Shown here in pieces: positions 49,501 through 55,500 of a DNA stretch of 64,000 nucleotides. Source of the DNA: a virus; the IMG/VR virus record IMGVR_UViG_3300042868_004799, positions 7,286 through 71,285 of that record. One strand, 5' to 3'. The position numbers and the translations under genes were made by a program. The notes beneath the pieces were generated by a model. It did not search any database. It was not told the origin of the DNA and worked only from the letters and a program-made list of their open reading frames with translations. How positions within the stretch are numbered: the first letter of the stretch is position 1; each line of letters begins with the position of its first letter.

Positions 49501-52500
49501 TAGCGAATCCATCATGAAGTTGCGCGCGGTACGCAGTGCCTTTTTTCGACCTAAGCACTTCGTAAGCGTTTGTCTGCGCTCCCGGGATAAGTGGAGTAAT
49601 AATCTGAAGCTCATCGCCAATGTTGCCAAAGCCTACGACAGACGAGCGAATTCCAAATTCTTGGTAAAACGCAGATGCAAGAGCTTCGTTTTCACCGTTT
49701 GATCGTGAGCGTGCTTGCTTTGCGTAATACGTGCTGCCATCTGGTGCGCGATAGAAACCGCCAGGATTGCTTCCTTCAGACTCACCGTATCTTTCCCAAT
49801 CGGAAATGTCGCCATACGTGTCAACGCCGAGGAACCCGAGATCGTCTCGCATGTCGCTCATGCTTCTTGAAGTTTCTTGTGTCTGTTCGATTGTCACAAT
49901 AAAGTCGTCTGGACGGCCTGTGATCCTCGATGGTTGGCGCGAAATGTCTGTTACGCGATACGAACCGTACGCGAAATGCTCTTGTTCTCCAACGAACCAT
50001 GACAAAGATTCTGCAGAGATGGACGTTGCCTTGCCTGGAGCTACTCTGAAGATTACGTGATCAACCTCTGGGTCAGTAGGGCTGTACATCGCATCGCCAA
50101 ACGTTCCTGTCTGGAGTGACGCTGACGTAAATGAACGAGGGTCGATATCAAATGTTGAACCGACTGTTGTGTATGTCTGCATAAGCGGATCGTCAGAACG
50201 TACGCCAATTGATCTGTAGAGCGGAATGTCGTTCGGACGACCTGCTGCTTTCACAAGTCTGTAGAAAGCTGCGGCTGACGTCGTGCTCGTAAGATCATCT
50301 ACGCCAGTTGCTATTGCTTTCTTTCCAGCAACGAATTCTGGATAGCCACCGTAGTTACTTATAAGTTCGTCATAAGCATCTTTCGACTCGTCTGGAATTC
50401 CTATGGTGCGCTCAACAGCGCTAAGAAGCGCGCTTCTAAAGCTGTCAGAAAACTTAAGGTCGCGCTCTTCATGTGATGACCCACCGTCAAGCGACATCAT
50501 CATTCCCCAAAGTCCGCGGAATTCTTCACGCTCTTCTGGATCCGCACTAGTTGCTAGTGGAAGATACTGATCGAGAATCTCAGCAAGGTTGATGTCGTCG
50601 TAGCGATCGTCATTGTCTTGGCGGCGCATAAGATCGTTTGCAAGATCAATAAGGTTCTGGTTTGGCTCGACAAAGTTTTCAAGCTGAATTACGGCGTTCT
50701 GCGCAGGCGATGGATACGCAAGACGCTCGTTGAGTTTCTTCGCGAGCATGATGTCACGGTCACGCGGGGTTTCGTCAAGTACCTGGCCTGTGAAATCATC
50801 ACTCGGTGCGCTAGTCCCGTACTCGCTGTCAAACGCGTTCTTTAGCTCCATAACGCGTTCCATGTTCGTCATGTCACGATCTTCGTCGCCTAGCGCTCTG
50901 TCGTACAGCCCAGCAAGAATAATATCTGGGTTTACATCATTTTCTTTTAGTGCTGCAAGAATAGCTTCTGCTTTAATTGGCTCGTCACCTGACGCAAACT
51001 TAAGTGATCCGTATCCTGTTGCGTCATTGCCATCGCTAGGAAGAATAGCGTCTGACAGTGCTTTACCAAGCTCCGCAACGCCGAATCTAGTTGCAAGTTG
51101 TTTTGGATCATCTGTAAAGTCGATGCTTACTTCGTTCGTTCGTCCCTTTGGAACATACACACCAAAAATGTCAGGCTTGTACGCGCCGGGAGGAGTGTCA
51201 AATACCTCGTCGAACATCTCGACAGCAAACCCGTCTCCGCCATCTTCGGTTTCAATAGGCTCAAGCTCATCGAGGCCCTTAATGTCGTCTGGATTGTATT
51301 CTGAGGCAGTGGCAGCTTCGGCAGCAGCGCGCTGGCTTCTGAACTCATCGTCGAATTCTTTGTTAGTAAATCCGCCTCTAAAATAGTCATGATCATCGAG
51401 CAGTTGGTCTATGTATTCACCAGCTTGTGTTGGCATCGCATCAACGTCATCAGGAGTTACTTGGTTTTTATCGTTAGTAGCACCTAGCGCGATAATCGCA
51501 TACTTACCGTCAGGCTTGCGAATTAGGATCTCATCGCCATCAAAGGCAGTAAACAGCGCAACTGATCTTTTAGGAATGTCAGCGTAGGTTTCACCGCCAC
51601 TCAGTTCCTTCAACACATCGGCGACAGGTACGCCATCAAGAGCTTGGAATATCGCATCGAACTTGTCGTTAGGTGTTGCGTTCGGATCCTTAGAAGTTGC
51701 GAGTGCTTCTTTGTAGTCAAACTTGTCGCTAGGCAGCGCTCGTCTGAAACTGTTTTCGAAGTCACGATCGTCAAAGCCGCCTTCAGCGAACATAAGTCCT
51801 GCGTTAGAACCAATATTAAGCAGGTCACGTAGAACCTCTGCAGCTTGTATTGGCATTGAGTCAACATAGTCAGGAGTTACTTGGTTCTTTTCGTTAGTAG
51901 CACCTGTTTCAATAACCGCATATCTGCTGTCAGGTGTGCGGATATAGAACGTTTGGGATGTGCCGAATACTACTTCTGAGCCTTCAGGGATATCAGCGTA
52001 AGTTTCAGTGCCGCTGCCGTATTCGGAAAGATCTGGCAGTGCATCTTCATCAGTGACAGGCGTGCCCTTTGCTGTTCTAAATACAGCATCAAACTTCTCG
52101 TCCATAGACGCTTCTGGATCTCTAAGAGTCTTGACTGCTTCTTTGTAGTTAAACGTGTCGCTAGGCGCATTTTTGACGAAACGGTTTTCGAAGTCACGGT
52201 CGTCAAAGCCACCCTGAGCAAATGCAAGTCCTGAATCAGGGCCTATGAAAAGCAAGTCACGCAGCCACTCTGTAGCTTCTTTTGGTAGGTCGTCGACGTA
52301 GTCAGGAGTTACTTGGTTCTTTTCGTCGTAAGCACCAGTCTCAAGGAGAGCGTATCTGCCATCAGGTGTGCGGATATGGAATGTCTGTCCATACTCACCG
52401 AAAACTATTTCTGAGCCTTCAGGGATATCAGCGTAGGTTTGACCGTCAAGCTCTGGCAGTGCATCTTCATCAGTGACAGGCGTGCCCTTTGCTGTTCTAA

Positions 52501-55500
52501 ATACAGCATCAAACTTCTCGTCCATAGACGCTTCTGGATCTCTAAGAGTCTTGACTGCTTCTTTGTAGTTAAACGTGTCGCTAGGCGCATTTTTGACGAA
52601 ACGGTTTTCGAAGTCACGGTCGTCAAAGCCACCCTGAGCAAATGCAAGTCCTGAATCAGGGCCTATGAAAAGCAAGTCACGCAGCCACTCTGTAGCTTCT
52701 TTTGGTAGGTCGTCGACGTAGTCAGGAGTTACTTGGTTCTTTTCGTCGTAAGCACCAGTCTCAAGGAGAGCGTATCTGCCATCAGGTGTGCGGATATGGA
52801 ATGTCTGTCCATACTCACCGAAAACTATTTCTGAGCCTTCAGGGATATCAGCGTAGGTTTGACCGTCAAGCTCTGGCAGTGCATCTTCATCAGTGACAGG
52901 CGTGCCCTTTGCTGTTCTAAATACAGCATCAAACTTCTCGTCCATAGACGCTTCTGGATCTCTAAGAGTCTTGACTGCTTCTTTGTAGTCAAAGCCACCG
53001 TCGTCGTCATCGTCATCGTCACCCTTGTCTAGCTCAGATTTGATGTACGCATCGATTGCTGGATCGTCCATGTAGTCTTGCTCTGATGGCAAGTTACGAG
53101 TGCCTGCGTCGTCTGGCTCGCCGTCATCGCCAGGCATGAGAGTGCGTGAAGATCCGGGGAACGCATCGATTTTTTCGCCCTTGCTGATTTTCTTCAACTC
53201 AGGGATAATCTTGCCAACGGATTCTGCAGTTGCAATGCTGTCAATGAAGTCTGGGCCTACGTTGTCGTAGCGATAAATTCCGCCGCCCTTGCCGTCTTTA
53301 GAAGTAAACTGTACGAACAGCGAACCTTGTTCTGGCGAGTACGCCATGCGGCTAACTGCTGTGCTGCCTCGTGTGTCGATTTCTTGAAGACCTGTCGGCT
53401 TGGCTGCTGGAGCTGCTTGCTGTCTTGCTGGCCACAAAGCATCAACAACATCGTCGAGCTGTTCTTGCGGAAGGTCAATGATGTCGTCAAGCTTAGCTTG
53501 CTTGATTTTTTCGTCGACTGGTTTGCCGATCTTGTCGATGATAAAGTTTTTCTCTTTATCGCCGTCGGTATGTTCGATTCCGCGAAGGTTAACGTTGCCA
53601 TTCTTTGGATTTGTCCAGACGTCAAGTGGCGTAACTTCACGATCTTTTTCGTGGTACTCGAACTTAAGATCTTTTTTATCTGCGATTGCGGCGTCAATTG
53701 CAGCGCGACGCTCGCTTGGCACAATTGCGTCAAGGTCACTGACGTTCGATGCTTCTGGCGAAGCTGCGGGTGCAGCTTTTCCTGCGCGAATAGCTTGAAG
53801 CTCGGCGTCGTATTTTTTGATCTCTTCAGCAGGGTTAATGAATTTGCCTGTAGCCTCATTCTTCATGCTTCTGCCGAGCGGGACGGCGTACAGCTCGTCG
53901 AGCTTCATACGAACTAGAGCTTCGCGGTCGGACGCTCCGTCATATATGTTTTTATACGTATCGAACTTCTTAGGGTCTTTATCGCGAAGGTAGTCAAGCT
54001 CTGTTCCGCTAATAACTTGGCGCACGGCGTCAGCGGTAATATTTCCAGCGAGAAATTGTGCGACTGCGGCAGCAATATTTTTTGCTTGATCGGGGTCAAG
54101 ATTTCCACTGTTGACTTCAGCACCAATTACGCGAGCAACTGAATTCATGTCGCCTTTAAGATCGGCGGCATCTTGAAGCGCCCAGTACAAACGGTCAACT
54201 ACAGGGTCAGTGCCAGGTGTTACAACTGATGGTGGCGGTACGATGTTGTATTTTTCCCAGCCGATTTCGGTACGAGCTTCTGGAGGGAAATTGTCTTCTG
54301 GACCGTTGTACTTCCAAAATCCTTCTGATCCGCCAGTTTTTATAAAGTCCCAATTTTTTGGGTTCGCAAGGTCATTATGGAAACGTTCTTTTGTTTCGCT
54401 AGTTTGAGCATCAGTAGACTGCGGCGCATCGATAACGGCGCGCACGGCTTTATCATCGACTTGACCAGCAATGTACTGCGCCATTACTGCAGCAATGTTT
54501 TTTGCCTCGTCAGGCTCAATGTTGCCGTCATTGACTTCAGCGCCAAGTGCACGGGCGAATGAGCCCATGTTACCTTCGCCTGTCATGACATCGTCAACCG
54601 CGTTGTTTATACGGATAGCTGCCGGACGAGTCTTTTTGTTTTCGTTGAGTACGATGTCCCAAAACGGTTTCGGTCCTGGCGCAGGTCGGTCTTCAGGACG
54701 CACGTTCGGTCTAAACTCTGGTGCGGGCCTACCTGGTCTAGGGATAAACGTGTCTGAATCCGGGCCAACAACTCCTGGCGGTGGAGTCATGTAGTAGGCC
54801 GCGTAGTCTGCCATAGTGTCAGAGTCGTTGCGAGGGCCGATGTATTCCCAGCGTCCACCTGGGCCGCCTGGGTTTGCTTGCCACTTCCAGTTTTTTGGAT
54901 TGTTTATGTTGCGCTCGCGTCTTTCAGCGTCGCGCTCTTCTCTTGCCTGAGCTCTTGCTTCTTGCTCTGGCGTCTTTGGCTTTGGTGGCTTTGGTGGCTT
55001 TGGAAGAAAGCTGTCTGTGTCGATGTTGACCCAGTTGTCTTCTTTTTTAGGATAAGCGCGCAGCGGCTCGATCTTGTCGACCGTGAATGTACGATCACCG
55101 GCGTCAGTTTCGGAATAGCCAACAACGTTTGTCTTGCCATTTTTGGGATTGTCGTAAATTCTTTCTGGCTTGAAAATGCGTTCTTTTCCGCCGTAGCTAA
55201 TAACGACACTGTTGCCATCGTCGATTGCTTTTTGGAGTTGGGCTCGGGTGTCTACGTCATTTGTTCCGGAAATGCGAACAGGCTCTGTTGATGGTGCCGG
55301 TGCTTCACTTTCTGGAGAAATTTCTGCTTTTTTGACTGGCGCGACGGGCTTCTTTGCTGGGGCAGACATTTGACCAGCTATAAATGTGCGTGACTCTCCG
55401 TTTTCATCAAGCCCAACTGCATTATATGTGCCTGTTTTTTTATTTACATACCCATCTGTCGGCGTAATTTCACGGTCTTTTCCTTTATAAGAAAAACGGA

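Noticed and set aside
51340-52995. Repeats as a DGR template/variable pair or a CRISPR array
   Set aside because: They are in-frame coding tandem units with no spacers, no adenine-specific mismatch pattern was noticed, and no reverse transcriptase is in the window.
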